A stretch of 64,000 bases of DNA from Podarcis bocagei (Eukaryota): assembly GCA_964188305.1 (NCBI GenBank), contig OZ076897.1; one strand, 5' to 3'. The position numbers and the translations under genes are program-made. Positions 13,069 to 26,259 of the stretch are shown here, piece after piece (positions within the stretch are counted from its first letter, which is position 1; the number at the start of each line of letters is the position of its first letter). Under the pieces are notes generated by a model. The model saw only the letters and a list, made by a program, of their open reading frames with translations, ran no database searches and was not told the DNA's origin.

Positions 13069-14175
13069 GTATTTTCTTTTATTATGCATTTCAAATGTTC
13101 AGCCTGCTTAAAAGTCTCTCATTCATCCTAATAGATGCTATGTGCCAGTTTGTTCCTGCAAGCTACTTTAGTGTATATAACATTGTCTCAGTCAGGGTTT
13201 TCTTATCCTAGCTCTAAAAATCTGAAGCACATGAAATCAATTAAGAGCAGAGATCTAAGAATAGAGATTTTATTTAACAACTCTAAAGGCACCTTGGAAA
13301 ATAAATATCATGGAGTGCAGGCCTCCATATCCTTCTACTTGCTGCCATAACTTTGAGTGACCTCCAGCCTGTTCTCTATAACACAGCACTCACTGTGCTA
13401 GTGCTATTGCCTGTATTGTGGTACCGTCACACCTCACCTCTTTCCAGAAAAAAAAATAGATTGGGGCCACTGCTAAATTAGTTGCATTGCTCTGCTGTGC
13501 TTCTCCAAACACACCAGACTTTTTTACCTTCCCTGCATCCCCTGCATGCTTTTTGTGTGTGGAGCTGGGCTTGTTTGAGGTTTTAACTTGTTCCAGGTGA
13601 GGGCCTAAGAGCAAGGTTACCAAACATTGTCAAAAGTATTTTAATTCAACTGGATTTATGGATAATTAACTGGAGCAAAAACATAATCTATTTCTAATTG
13701 TAGGCAGCCTGACGGGGGGGGGGGGGGACCTGCATTTTTGAAATAATTTTACTGTAAACCAATTACCTAACCTGGAACAGATGCACCTCACTATCAGAAT
13801 CACACTGCAGCTGCAGATTGAGGGGAGACTTTGACATCATCAAATATACTTTGAAGAGCAAAATGGGATTTTATCTGTAGGTAACAAAAGTAGGAACCCA
13901 ACCCTTTCTCTGTTATTGGCAGTATGTTCTTAATTGTGCAACATTCTGTCTTGTGCTGGTGATTAGCTTAGCTAGGAGGATGGCCAAATAAGGAAGATTA
14001 GAATGCTGATATTTATCACTTCCTTAAATGATTAAACTTGGTAAATGGTCGACCATATTTGGAACTGATTCAGTGGCCTTTCCTAAAGTGGCACCCATTA
14101 GGTACACTAGACCTAGTTCATGGTGTTTTTGTGAAACAAGTTTTGCTTTGGAAAGACATTGTGTAATATTCAGTG

Positions 14176-14266
14176 GTAGTCATGCTCAGAGATGACCCAT
14201 TGAAATGAATGGACTCAAGCTACTTAAGCCCACTGATTTCAATGGGTTCATTCTAAGCATAACTAC
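14176..14266. repeat. Short palindromic interspersed element
   Basis: ~31-nt imperfect inverted arms (...acccattgaaat / atttcaatgggt...); related copies at ~14630, 15525, 32910 and 48114. Confidence 0.6.
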
Positions 14267-14550
14267 TGTTTAATACAACCTACTGAATTAAAGGAGACCC
14301 TTTAAGAACCACAAATAGTTTTTGTGAGTGCCTAGTAGTAGGCTACAAAGTACTGAAGTGTGTGTGTGTGTGGTTCTGGAGATTTTTAAGACACCACTGG
14401 TAAATAATTTATCTGGGATAGTTTCAGGTTAAATGTGAAATCCTAACTGTGCAAGTTAACAGTGCAAAGAGTGTCATACTAGAAAACCTTTGAAGCACAT
14501 TCCATGTTTAAAGCACTTAGGTTCTGACCTAGAAAATATTTTGGTTACAG

Positions 14551-14613
14551 CAGAAGAAACTAAGGACATCCTGAGTACTTTTGGGGAGAGCTTCAACCAC
14601 AGAGAGAATTCAG
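14551..14613 (+). CDS. ICA1: ICA1 coding exon (linker)
   Basis: ttacag|CAGAA...TTCAG|gtatgt; 63 nt, phase 1-1; (A)EETKDILSTFGESFNHRENS; CAGCAG tandem acceptor. Confidence 0.82.
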
Positions 14614-14807
14614 GTATGTCTGCTAGACATGCAGTGCAGCCCTATACATGCCTACTCAGAAGCAAGTTACATTGACTTCAATGGGACTTACTGACAGACA
14701 AGTTGCATATGATTGCTGCCTAAAGAAAACAGTATAACTGCAAGTTTGAAATGTACATATAAGAGCCTACAGCTCAATAACTTTCCCTTATGTTTTGCCA
14801 TTTTTAG

Positions 14808-14849
14808 GAGCCATAGATGACTTATTAGACTTGAAACCTGAGGAAAATG
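14808..14849 (+). CDS. ICA1: ICA1 coding exon (42 nt)
   Basis: tttttag|GAGCC...AAATG|gtatgt; phase 1-1; (G)AIDDLLDLKPEEN (mammalian GPIDELLDMKSEE). Confidence 0.9.
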
Positions 14850-14908
14850 GTATGTAATCTTTTTGTCAACTGTTTTATCAATTCTGCAAAGGGGCACCAA
14901 ACATAGCA

Positions 14909-15155
14909 TTTTCTTCTTTTTCTTTGGTGATCACTCTTACCCAAGTAAGATTGTCTTCCATGAACACTGTCTTAACAGTGAGTCCGTAAGTGACTAAGGA
15001 GGCCAATTCTGGATCCACACGTCCTTCCACAGTGGGAACATCGATTTCCGAGTGAGAGTGATCACTGTGCGGGTTTGCCATTTCTCCCTTTCGGCCTGAG
15101 TTCAAGCGTCTTCAAAGTCCATGACACCTTTGGTAGAGGCTGGTCTCCAACTGGA
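14909..15155 (-). mobile_element. RTE-clade LINE 3' end
   Basis: Minus strand encodes RCSHCGRTCGSRIGLLSHLRTHC* (C2H2-like ORF end), short 3'UTR and AAG-rich tail. Confidence 0.85.
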
Positions 15156-16376
15156 TAATTAAATCTTTTAAACAATTGGATTATTTAATCTTTACTAATA
15201 TAAAAACTAGCTATGTCTTGATGTGATCATCCACTTTGGGCGCTTATGGGTTGTAGAAGAACATTCACCTCAATTTGTGAACTTTTTAGTATGATATTGA
15301 TGTAGAAAAGTATCTCCTTCTGAACTGATAGTGATAGAAATAGTGTTTGTCAGTTTCCTTGACTTGAAATGCTGTTGTAAGCAACAACTATTCTTCCACT
15401 GAATTTTTCAGCCAGGCAAAATTTGCCAGCTATGCTTCAGTGGTCCATAGCAACTGTGCTTTTTTGGGGGGGGCAGGTGTGTGCGCCATAGTACATTCAT
15501 CCTGGCAATAATTCTATGGGTGGTATTCAGCTAGGTTTTACTCAGAGTAAAAAGTAACATGACTAAATCCATTAATTTCAACAGGTTTGCTCTGAGTAAA
15601 ACATACCTCTTCTTGTACCTATCCCTCCCCCCTTCTTTCTTTCTTTCTTTTTTTTTTGCCTCTGAAGCTAGATTCCCACATTTGGTTGCGACATGCTGAA
15701 GTTATCACATCATTTCTGATTCTGATTGTTTCAGCACAGCTCCCACACATGGGGGTGGCTAGTATTTACTGTGTAAGGGAACCTATTAGCTCACAAGTTT
15801 TTCCCAGCAGTAGCTGCCTTTACAGAGATACTTATTCATTTAAAAAAACCACTGTGTGTAATGTATGAAGCAGAACCATCTTGTATTGACACTTGCAACC
15901 ACATTAGAAGTGACTGTGAATTAAGCTTGGCTTGGCTAACCACTAAAGTGCTAAACATACAGCAATCTCATAGTATGCCACATGAAGGAGTAAATCTATC
16001 AATGGAAGGTAAAAAGCAGACTGTGTTCTGTAGAATTTTCTTTCTTCAATACTGTGATGGCAAAGGACAATTTATGAAAATAAGGGATAGATTTACTGTT
16101 GGAAAAAGGAAGCGGCAAGGAAATGCTGAACACAAGGCAAAGAACAAAAGGGAAGAGAAGGGAGAAGTAACAGCAGTGCAAATAGTTTATTGATAAAAGC
16201 CATGTTGGTCCTTCTTTAATAAGAACTCTGTTCTTAGTGAGTACACAGCTACAGTTTTTAGAACACAGAGAAATTGTTTATGTCTATTATACATGACTTC
16301 TTTGTGAAATACCAGCAGTATATGATGACTGCATCAAATAGCCTTGTTCTTTGCTGTATTTCTGTTAGGTTTTTTA

Positions 16377-16417
<41 letters not shown>
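16377..16417. repeat. (AAT)n microsatellite
   Basis: About 13 perfect AAT units. Confidence 0.95.
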
Positions 16418-16418
<1 letters not shown>

Positions 16419-19400
16419 TATCATTATTATCTATCATCATTATTATTTGCTATTGTGGTAGATGTAATTTCTAGCATAGCAGAGGAATGGTGAAATGTTA
16501 CTATTAAAACCATGTCTTCAATATATGTTGTAACTTCATGATTCCCTGCTAGATCTGGAAATTCCAGGAAGCAAAACAGGCTCTCTCAAACACATTAAAA
16601 CACTTTGTAATATATCAGGGCAGAGAAGTCAAAATAAAGAGGAGTCTTACAACATAAGATGTGCCTTACACCAAGGATAGAAGAGTTGCAGTGTTTTATG
16701 TCACATTTATCAAGAATGTTTTGCCACTTCTAGACCAATAAGAGAGTCTTTTGGCACAATTGCTTTTCATTTGAGTCACATGGGTCAGCTATGGCTTCTG
16801 AAGTGAAATATCAGTGGTGTCACCCACTTGTAACATGAGCTTTACCATGACTGAAGACTGCTTATATTTCTTGTATTGTGACTTTCTGGCTGTAGTGAAC
16901 TGCTAACCACAAATCCTGTTTTCTTTGAGAGAGAGGAGGGTGGTGCTAATTTTTTTAATACCTAATTCATTCCAAATTTGGTATGCTAGGATGCAACTTT
17001 TGACTGCCATTTTTGATGCAGCTGGAAACTCACACTGGATTATACCAGTATAATTGACTACTTATAATATTGGCCTTTCTTGACAAGTAAGTGTGTTACT
17101 GCAAAGAGGATTGAAGATGTAAACAGAAAGTTCAGCCCTCAAAATTGTCACCCATCGTGCAGGTTAAAGCTGCTGTTTTCTTTCCTCCAAGTTGGTTTTA
17201 TTCATGGTGTGTAGGTGTTTTTTTATTCTCCCAAGTGGTGTTGACTCATAGGCATTTTTTAAAGTCAACTCTGTCCCCTAACTTCTCCTCTTTTCACGCC
17301 CCCAATAACTTCACTCTATGTGTTTGAAAGAAGACTCAGTCACTTTTGAGTAAGACCTACTTAATGTATAGACGAAATATTCTTTCATCTATACATTTCT
17401 AATATGCCCAACTCATTACAAGAAAGTATTTATCTTTGCTGTGTTATGTGTGGATAATTTAAGTGCAGGGAAGGTTACTTGGCCAGCTGAGGCTTTTATT
17501 AGAGAAAGCTGCCTATTGTACATACTACCACTTACTTTGGGTAAGCTACTGAGCTCCACAGTGATGAAGCAATGACAGGAAGATTTCAAATGACAGGAAG
17601 ATTTCAAAAAATGCCTAGCATCATACTCATTGTGGCAGTTTTGGAGCAAAGCTTCAAGCACTTTCATGCCTGTTTGGAGACAGTAGCCTTTTCTACCCTG
17701 GTTCCCTCCAGATGTTTTCAACTACAGCTTCACCATTGACTAAGCTGGGTGGGGTTGATGGGAATTGCTGTCCAAAAGATCTGATGGGTACCAGGTTGCC
17801 TCCAACAGCAATGTTTTGGGAGTTTTGATCATCTGCTGTCCCATCACACCTCCCAAATAAACTCTTCTTTTCAAAAGTCAAAAAGTAGCAATGCCAGATA
17901 AAGGACCTACTGGGGCCTCAGGTAGTTGCACTGAAATGAAAAGCATGTAGAGTTCCAAAGCTCACGTTCTGAAAGAGATCATGTTTGAGGGAAAATGGAG
18001 AAGTAGGTTGCTGGTTATACTAAATTCAGTTTCTAATGAGGTCAGTGTTCAGTCTTCAAATTCGCTGTAGAAAAATGTTCCAATAGTAGGTGGAATTCAT
18101 TCTCTGAAATAATTCAGCTGTGACAGCCCCCTGGAGTATGCTTCCTTATGAGTAGGTCGAAATGAAGTTGGCCAGACTGGCATTGCCAACTGTTATGAAC
18201 CCGAAGTTGTGGCAAGGATGGCATCAGACAAATTCTAGCATCAAACACATTTTTATTCTCCCAGGCACTTGGACAGCGTGGGCTTTTGGCAGCAACTGAT
18301 GCTCACCTTGTACGGAGTGAATGGATAATTTGTGTTGCTTTTGATGATCCTTGTGCGTTCCCCCCCCCCCCGCCCTTTTGGATGACCTTTTTTTTTTAAG
18401 CATATCATATTTGTATTGACTTATTAAATTTATTGTGCATTGTGTATTTTTATTATTGCAAATTGTTTTGGAACACCCCTGGATGTGTGAATAAATATTG
18501 ATTGATTTAAAAGCATTTCTGAACTGCTTAATATGTAAACAATCTGTACAGAAATATAAAAATTTAAAATGTAATAAAAACAATAAGAAGGGATTATAAT
18601 AACTAGGAAAAATATATTATGAAAACAGATAAAAGCAGGAATACAGTAATAACAGGGTGTATTCTTTTGGTCAGGGAAAACTTGGGCAAAAAGAAAACAT
18701 CTTTGCAAGATGTCTGAAGCAAAGGATGGATAATGCTTCACGTATGGCAGAGGAAAATGCAGGGGCAATGGCAGAAAGGGGCCCTTTGCTTTGTTAACAC
18801 CCTGTTATATTCTGTAGGGTGCAGTGCCCATGAATAAACTTTCCCTAGATGTTCTACAGATCTTGCAGGTCTTTACAGGGATAGGAGGTCTTACGGGTAA
18901 CCTTGTTGTGCATTGTCTGCTATATTTCTTGCCCACTCATCATAATGTCCCAGGGTGCATTAACATCTGAATATAGCTGATACAATACAATAAAACAAGT
19001 TAAAACTAAACCATCAATCCAGAACAGAGTGGATAGCCATGTCTTGGTGAGGTGGTCAGGGTTATTTCTGCCGCACAGTTCTTCCCACAAACATGCTCTC
19101 TAGAGAAGGGGAAGAAACATTGTGGCTGGACAGATTCTCAGGGTAGAATCACATGTCCATTTCCCATGGAGTTGCTATTTTAAAACTTCCCATATGGTGA
19201 GACTCGCTTTTGAGAGCTGGTCCGTATTTCAAAGAGGCTAGGGGAACATGGTAATGGAGAGCTCTGAAGATTCCACCATTCTTTCCATTGTCTCCTTGAG
19301 AGGGAGGTGGAAAGTAAAACGATTGGCTAGCAGTAGGCTTTGGTGACTCATTTGCTGGCTCATTGAGTTTTCCTAAGACCATAAGAAGAGCTAGTCTAGC

Positions 19401-19451
19401 ATGCTTTCTCCTACCGTGGCCAATGGGATGCCTATGGAATCCCATAACCAG

Positions 19452-19630
19452 GAAATGAACACAAGAGCTCCCTTCCCCTTCATCAGTGACTGGTATTCAG
19501 AGGTCTACTACCTGTACCTGTCATGACAAGTAGCCCCTGATAGCTTTATTCTTTATAATTTTCTCTAATTCCCTTTTAATGCTATCCAAGCTATTGGCCA
19601 TCACCACAAATTGCGGTAGCAAATTCCATA
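19452..19630 (-). mobile_element. Old CR1 LINE 3' fragment
   Basis: cccttttaatgctatccaagctattggccatcaccaca...aaattccatagc, reverse complement of CR1 ORF2 end. Confidence 0.65.
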
Positions 19631-20375
19631 GCTGACTTTGCCATTTCTGAAGGAATTGCTGAAATTTAACTCCTTTTGCCCAACAGTGGTTGATTGGACA
19701 CTGTTTGTTATCCCTGAGCATCCATTCTTGCCCCTCCAGTGCATGGGCACATAATCAATGTACAGTACAATGAATCACTGTATCTCTCTGCCTTCCACAC
19801 TGGTAAAGCAGCCAAGTCATATTCCCTTCCTGTTTACTTGTCATCTGGAAGAGGGGGCATTCTATGCTTCTCCATTATGTATTTCCTTCATTTTTCATCT
19901 TGTAGACATCTGAGCCGGCATAAGGTCAACCCCATTCAGCAAAATTCCTGGTTGGAATGCTTTGCTCAGTAGGAATAGTGTAACCGTAAAGTAAGCTCTT
20001 CCTTTTCTAGGTAATCCATCATGAACCTTCTGTTTCTTGTCCATATTAAATCCCATTTCTATTACAACAAGGATAAGGACTTGTGCAGGAAAGGGGTTTT
20101 TCATCATTTTGGATCATTGGTCAAAGTAGTTCTTTTGTTGAAATATCTGGTTTATATCTGGAAAAGTGGGGGTGTACCCCACTGGAGGTGTCTGCATTTT
20201 AAATAACTGTCAAAACATGAGTTATTTCATGAACTATGGCATCTAGTGAGGCTAAACTGAGAGGTGAGAAATCATAAATGTCCAGACTGAATTCCAGAAT
20301 GTGAGGAATGAGAGGTGCAACTGGAAGATCATCTAGTTTAGGTGCTCCCCATAGAATTATTTTATCTATGCCTCA

Positions 20376-20540
20376 GCTCTAGGGCCTATACCAGGTCTCT
20401 TAGCTAATCCCTTATTGTCTACTCTGACTGGCAGCAGCAGCCTAGAGTTTCAAGCAAAGGTCTATCCTGTTCCTTTTAACTGGGACTTCTAGAGATTGAA
20501 CCTGGAACCTTCTGCATGTACTGCGGAGCTATAGTTCCTT
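20376..20540 (-). mobile_element. Old tRNA-derived SINE (Squam3-like)
   Basis: gattgaacctggaaccttctgcatg (reverse B box) plus gtctactctgactggcagcag core. Confidence 0.55.
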
Positions 20541-20646
20541 CACTACTGGTAGATCTGAATGGGCATTCCTTAAGTCTCTTCCTCTGTTCTTACTTGTTGT
20601 TGTTTTTTCTGATTTCTTTCTGCTTTGGTACTCCTGCTTCTCCCAG

Positions 20647-20919
20647 CAGCATCAATGGACCCGCTTGCAAATTCTTTGGAGACTGAGGCTACTGATAAGG
20701 ATGATATGGTATTACTGAACGAGATTCTCAATGCATCTTCTTTGGACGACGGCGAATTCAGCAGAGAGTGGAAAGCTGTATTTGGAGAGGACCCACTTGC
20801 TGACATGCCCACAAGCTCTTCCGCAGGAGAAATGGAGAACAATCAGTCATCAGCGTCAGGCTTCCTTCCTTCTCAGCTTTTAGACCAAAACATGAATGAC
20901 TTGCAGTCCTCCCTTCAAG
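20647..20919 (+). CDS. ICA1: ICA1 coding exon, ICA69 C-terminal domain
   Basis: long pyrimidine tract, cccag|CAGCATCA...CAAG|gtaggt; 273 nt; ...DKDDMVLLNEILNASSLDDGEFSREWKAVFG...SGFLPSQLLDQNMNDLQSSLQ. Confidence 0.95.
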
Positions 20920-21054
20920 GTAGGTTTATTTTAGGCTGATTAGCAAACAGATGGGCTCAGTCCACCAACCTGATGCCAAGCACTGTGCCATGCATGAATG
21001 CATGTGAACAAAGACACATACTTACTCGGGAGGGTATAGCCATAACCACTAAAC

Positions 21055-21226
21055 CAGAGCTTTCCAAACTTTATGTTGGTGACACACTTTTTAAACATGC
21101 ATCATTTTGCGAAGCAGTAATCCCCTCCCCCAACCCCAGGAGGAGAGTGGGGAGCAATTGCATGACACACCTGCATACTGCAGCCAACACACTAACATGT
21201 CGCAACACACAGTTTGAAAAGCTCTG
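21055..21226. mobile_element. Non-autonomous hAT element, same family as 8209-8405
   Basis: TIR CAGAGCTTTYCAAACT; perfect 8-bp TSD CACTAAAC at 21047-21054 and 21227-21234. Confidence 0.92.
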
Positions 21227-21338
21227 CACTAAACCATAGGATAGTGTTATGTGCATGAACCTTGGGCTTAAGTGCTCTCTCCCTCCCCCTTTACAACCAT
21301 GAGGAGATAATTTTTTATTATTATTTAATTTTGTATAC

Positions 21339-21485
21339 TACCTTATACTTGATCAAATAACTGGTCCATCAATCTCAGTATTGTCTCTAGTACTGACTGA
21401 CAGTAGTTTCAGACAGTGTTTTCTCCCAGCCCTACCGACAGATGCCAGGGATTGAACCAGGGCCAGTTTGCATGCAAAGCATGGA
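21339..21485 (-). mobile_element. Old tRNA-derived SINE (Squam3-like)
   Basis: gatgccagggattgaacc (reverse B box), gcatgcaaagc, tail ccttatac. Confidence 0.6.
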
Positions 21486-24400
21486 ATTTTAACCTAACCA
21501 GTTGGTTGTGTTGTCCAAATTGGAAAAAACTATGGTTAGGATAAACAGTGGTTTGTCAGAACAAGCCAGGATCAAGCCATGGCTTCTGATCCTGGCTTCT
21601 TTGGATAAGCATAGGGAAACTTAACTGTAGTTCCCAGTTCAGACAAAACAACAAATTGCAGTTAGTTTAAAATGGAAATGAATGTTTACAATCTCCATGC
21701 AGACAGGAGGGAAGTAGGCTTGTTCACATAAAGCTGAACTAGGTCTCAGCCAACATTACAACTGAATCAGGTCTCTTCTCTCAGCCACGCTAACACTCTC
21801 CCATGAGGTTTGTAGGTGTGCCTTCCAGGAAATAGCTCCTTCCCTTGGGTTACTCACACTAAGCTCATTTATGCATTTTCCTCTCCCTATTTTTACCCTG
21901 CCTTAAGTATCAGTTGGCTACTCTGGTGCTGTAAAATAGCTGCATCTGCACAACAGGCTCAGAATGAAAGTGCTTTGTTAGTTTGCAGCTCTTGTTGCTT
22001 CAGTGCTCCGTGCACAGCAAACCAGCCTCCTTGCTGCCAATATTCTATGTTAATCTCTCTGCTGTTTCTTGGGCAGATGGTGGTTGTGGGAGGGAGGCGT
22101 AGAGGGTGAAAGGAAAAAATTGTCTCATTATTTTTAGAGTGAAGGGATGACGTGTGTGAAGGGTTCTTAACTCCTCCAGGGTGTTAACGTGGGCTGGTTT
22201 GCTTGTCATTTGTTGATGGGAAAATTATTCCTCTGACATTCCTCAGGTAGAAGAAAATAGTAGAGCCTGGAGTAGCAATAAAAAAAGCTGTTGTTAAAGG
22301 GACCTTGTCAAGACTGGCATGCCTAAAATAGGAGCGTGTCATCAGTGAGGCTTCAATGGCTTCAATCCAAGCACTTTGGCTTAATAGGTCTGTGGACAGG
22401 GGCATATCTGGCCTCTTTGTCTAGCGTAGTGCAGATGCTTAATGGAATCGAAGTACTCAGATTTTTAAGGTGATATGGCGTAGGAAAGTCACTAAGAGGC
22501 AAACCAGACACAGTGGGGCAGATCTGCAAACAGGATCTCCTATGATTGTTGGTAGCTGCTTTTTTAATTACAAACTATCACCAAGGGTAGGGAGGGCAAT
22601 TAAATTTAAAAGCAGCCAGTCAGAGAGAGAGATGTGTGATACCGCATATTGTTGTGGCAAATAGCTGCTTTTGGATGAGTGTGATTTAAATCGGGAAATG
22701 GCACAGATGGGGAATGGTTAGACCTTTCTCCCCCAGCACCGTGGCCCCAGTGTAGATCAGCTACTTTTAAATGAAAACTATTGTTCACAAATCTTCCACA
22801 TCGCATATGGTTTGGTGCTAAAAGACTGAATAGTGAGCCAGGAGGTCTCTAGTTTGAATCTTGCTTTTGCCCTGAATAGAAGGCTGCTGTATCCCATCCC
22901 ACCCCACCACACCCAGTTTGGACTACGGGCTTGTTCTCTTCCCAACTCTTTCAAACATGCAGTCTTGTACATTTGTTGTTACGCAGTTCAGGCTGCAACA
23001 TAGTCACAGATCACTTAAAGGAACGGCTGGTGGGGAAATGTATTATTTACGACGTTGGCAGAAGGCTTTCTTTTTTGCCAAATGCAATTATGTCATTCCT
23101 TCTCTAAGAAACCCATAGTGCAGGCTGGGACCCCAGGCTGAAAGAGCATGACCACCCCAAGGCCAATGAGAGAGATCAGGGCAGAGCAAGGGCTGGGGTT
23201 TGTGTCTCCTTGGTTCAGTGCCAGCACAACTTCCCTTCAGAAAGAACACAACTGTTTGCAATGCTATTGGTTATCTATGACATCCAGCACAATATGGAGA
23301 GAGGTTGTTTTCCTTCTAAGTTAACCAGTAAAAGCTATGCCCTGTTAAATAATTGAAGGTGTATTATAAATGCAAGTAACCTCTCATTTTGCATGGCTGA
23401 GGAGCCAACCGTGGCAACTATTTTTTCAGAATTTCCATTCCTAGTAATGTAAGTTTCTTCCAAAGTACACAGGCTTTGCTTGTTAATTGAAAATGTCTCT
23501 TTGCTAGGATTATTTTTCAGAGATCTGTTTAGCGTATGACTTGCAGAAAACAAGTCTTCTTCAACTGCAAATTACTGCCTTATTCCACAATGTCTGTTAA
23601 GTAAACTTACTGTTGTGTGATCAAAGCAGTTGTGTACAGGTTGCTAGCTTTGTGTCTCAGTTTCCCATCTAGCTATTAATTATCTTTGATAACATCATAT
23701 GTTAATAGAGCAGATGTTTTTGCTTGTATAAGGTTCCAGGTAAAATCCCAAGCATTTACAAATAATAAAATACGTTGGAGTAAACAATGCTATTCAAAAG
23801 AATCCTGGCAGACTCGAAAAACCTTCTGCTAAGTCAGGTTCCTAACTGTGTTCACGTCGTTAGTTATTGCTGATCAATTAAATTGATTATCTGTTTTGTT
23901 TTTTTTTAATGGAGGTGTCCTAAGAGCTGTTAGACTTCTTCCATCTCATTTACTTTAGTGGGATTTAATCATCTTAAAGCCGGTTTCAGATGTAATAAAA
24001 AACTATGATTATGCTAACACCACAGTTGAAGATCCCAGTGTTCAGTGTTACATCTGAACCAGATCAGTTTGTGGGGAAGCTCAAGTTCAGACATTGAAAC
24101 AAACCATGGTTTACCCAAGTACTCTGCGGTTTTGTGTTGCCTCTGAATTCAGCCTGTGCACAACATTTCAGCAATTTTTCAACTAAGCATGCCTGTTAAT
24201 CCCCATTGACCAGCAAGGAGGCAGGCATCATACAGGCATGATTCACTTCAGACATGGGTTAAGAATATATGGAACACTTTACATCCACCGGAAATTGTCT
24301 TAATTATATTTTCCTGTTCCCTTAGTCTTTTATCCAGTAAATACAGTCTTTGTCTTTTAGTCTGTTTTGTCTGCCTTTAAAACTGTATTGTTACTGCACC

Positions 24401-25618
24401 CATTTATTCCGAGTCTTCAACTGGTCCTCCAGGCACTATTGTACTGCAAGAAACTGTTATTGTTGAAGGGCTCCCTTTGCAGGTGAAAGAAGGCAAAAAG
24501 AACAAATGATCTGAGTGTGTTTCAGTTAGTCCACTGATTATGTCACTGCCTCCTCTGGCTACTTTTCTAACTGCAAAGACTGCTTTAACAAAAAGGCAAT
24601 CCCTTTCTCCACTCCTACCTGTATTTCATTTTGATAGTAATAATTATAGGAATCATTTTTAATTTATGTGTACAGGAGCTTTTTTCTGTGGCTGAACAAT
24701 CTAGCTGTTGCTTCCATTTTTAAATTTAATTGAGGCCAAGAGAATGACTGCTTGCTTCACCTTTTCCACATTTGTACAGTTGCTGGCAGAAGAGTAGGAG
24801 GTTTGGTTTCCTTAATGTCTCACTGATAATCTTGCGTCTAGTCATATCATGAGCTGCTCTTTGAGCAGCCAGCTAGTAAGCACCAATATTTTTTCCCCAA
24901 AGGCCAATTTCCCCTGTAAACTTTGCTTGTATTAGCAATGGAGAACACTACTTTGTAACATCATTCAAAAGTTTTTCCTAACCACCCTTTTGGACCAAAC
25001 GTACAGACCCATAGGGCACATGTCAGGCACCTGAACTGCTAGTAGTAATACTAGCAGATCTATTACAGAAGGGCTGGAGCCTGTTTGTTGTGGGAGCCTT
25101 TTCCAGACGGTAGGCTGGATTGACTCCTGTTCACTATTTGAAACGGCAGTCTGAAGGTCCCCACTCCCAGTCAGCAGATAGATCTGCTCATGAGCTCTGC
25201 TAACAACTTCAAAAATATCAATTGTCAAAACAAGTTGTACTGTTAGTTTCAGTAGATGAATGGATTTGATGGAGCAAGCAAGACAGTTAAAGTGAATGCA
25301 AAAAACAACAAAAAAGCAGACTAAAATACAACCCTGTTGCAGTAACCTGTAAGGAAATGAGAGTTGTTTAATTTCTATCCCAAAGTACACAAGAAGAATT
25401 TACAACGGGGTTAAAGTAACATAATACAAAGTACAAAATGTAAAGACCTACATAAAGCAATGAAGCCAGAGCTGTAAAGCAACAGATCAGGACAGGATTT
25501 TTAGAATTTGTTTTTAACAGAAGAGTTCAAGCTTCAATTATTACTGTCGTGAGCAGTGTGAGCTCGTTAAGTAATTATAGTTGATTGACAGATATGCAAC
25601 TGTGTTATTGAATTTTAG

Positions 25619-25714
25619 GTTGGGCAGCCAGCAGCATCAGCCCTACGCCTGTCCCACAGACCGCCCAGAAATCCAACAGCCTGAACACGACCGTCAACAA
25701 GACACCTATGAAAG
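25619..25714 (+). CDS. ICA1: ICA1 probable cassette coding exon (Ser/Thr/Pro-rich)
   Basis: attttag|GTTGG...AAAG|gtgaca; 96 nt, phase 1-1, open: (G)WAASSISPTPVPQTAQKSNSLNTTVNKTPMK; GC- and CpG-richer than flanking intron. Confidence 0.75.
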
Positions 25715-25791
25715 GTGACAAACACGTTACACTTTGATTGTGTGTGCACCAACACAGCAATACAAAGCTTAGAGTTTTCCAGGTGTTTGGT

Positions 25792-25816
25792 TGTGTGTGT
25801 GTGTGTGTGTGTGTGT
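25792..25816. repeat. (TG)n microsatellite
   Basis: About 12 TG units, 78 nt downstream of ICA1 cassette exon donor. Confidence 0.95.
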
Positions 25817-26259
25817 AGTCTCACAACTATTTACATAGAATGGCTTCCTTTCAGGAATTATCCTCTAATTGTGCCCTAATTGGCATGTTATTTAAGTAAT
25901 CGGCACTTGAATATCAATGCTTGCTTGTTGGTTGACGTTAAAATGTTGCCAAGACTTGAGTGGAGATGTCTTGTTTCAGTAACGAAAACTCCACTGGGTC
26001 ATCACTTGGTCACACTCTGTGTTGACAAAATCCCTTTCTAGAGACGCTCTATGAACTCAAGTACTCCTGGCTGCAGGCAGAATGGACCCGTAGGGCCCTC
26101 CCAGTGTTGGGTCTTTGGTGATCTCCCTTTCCATTTTTGTACAACCTCCAAAGGCTCATCCAAGTGAAGATGAATTCATTTAAATGCTATGAAGTGGTTG
26201 GGAATGGAGAAACCATGAGCCAATCCACCGTTTGAGGGAGTTTGTGGGCCACCCTCCTC

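Noticed and set aside
17571-17606. Perfect 18-nt tandem duplication (aatgacaggaagatttca x2)
   Set aside because: Deep intronic slippage duplication, like several others (~32504, ~45700, ~60898); no sign of function.
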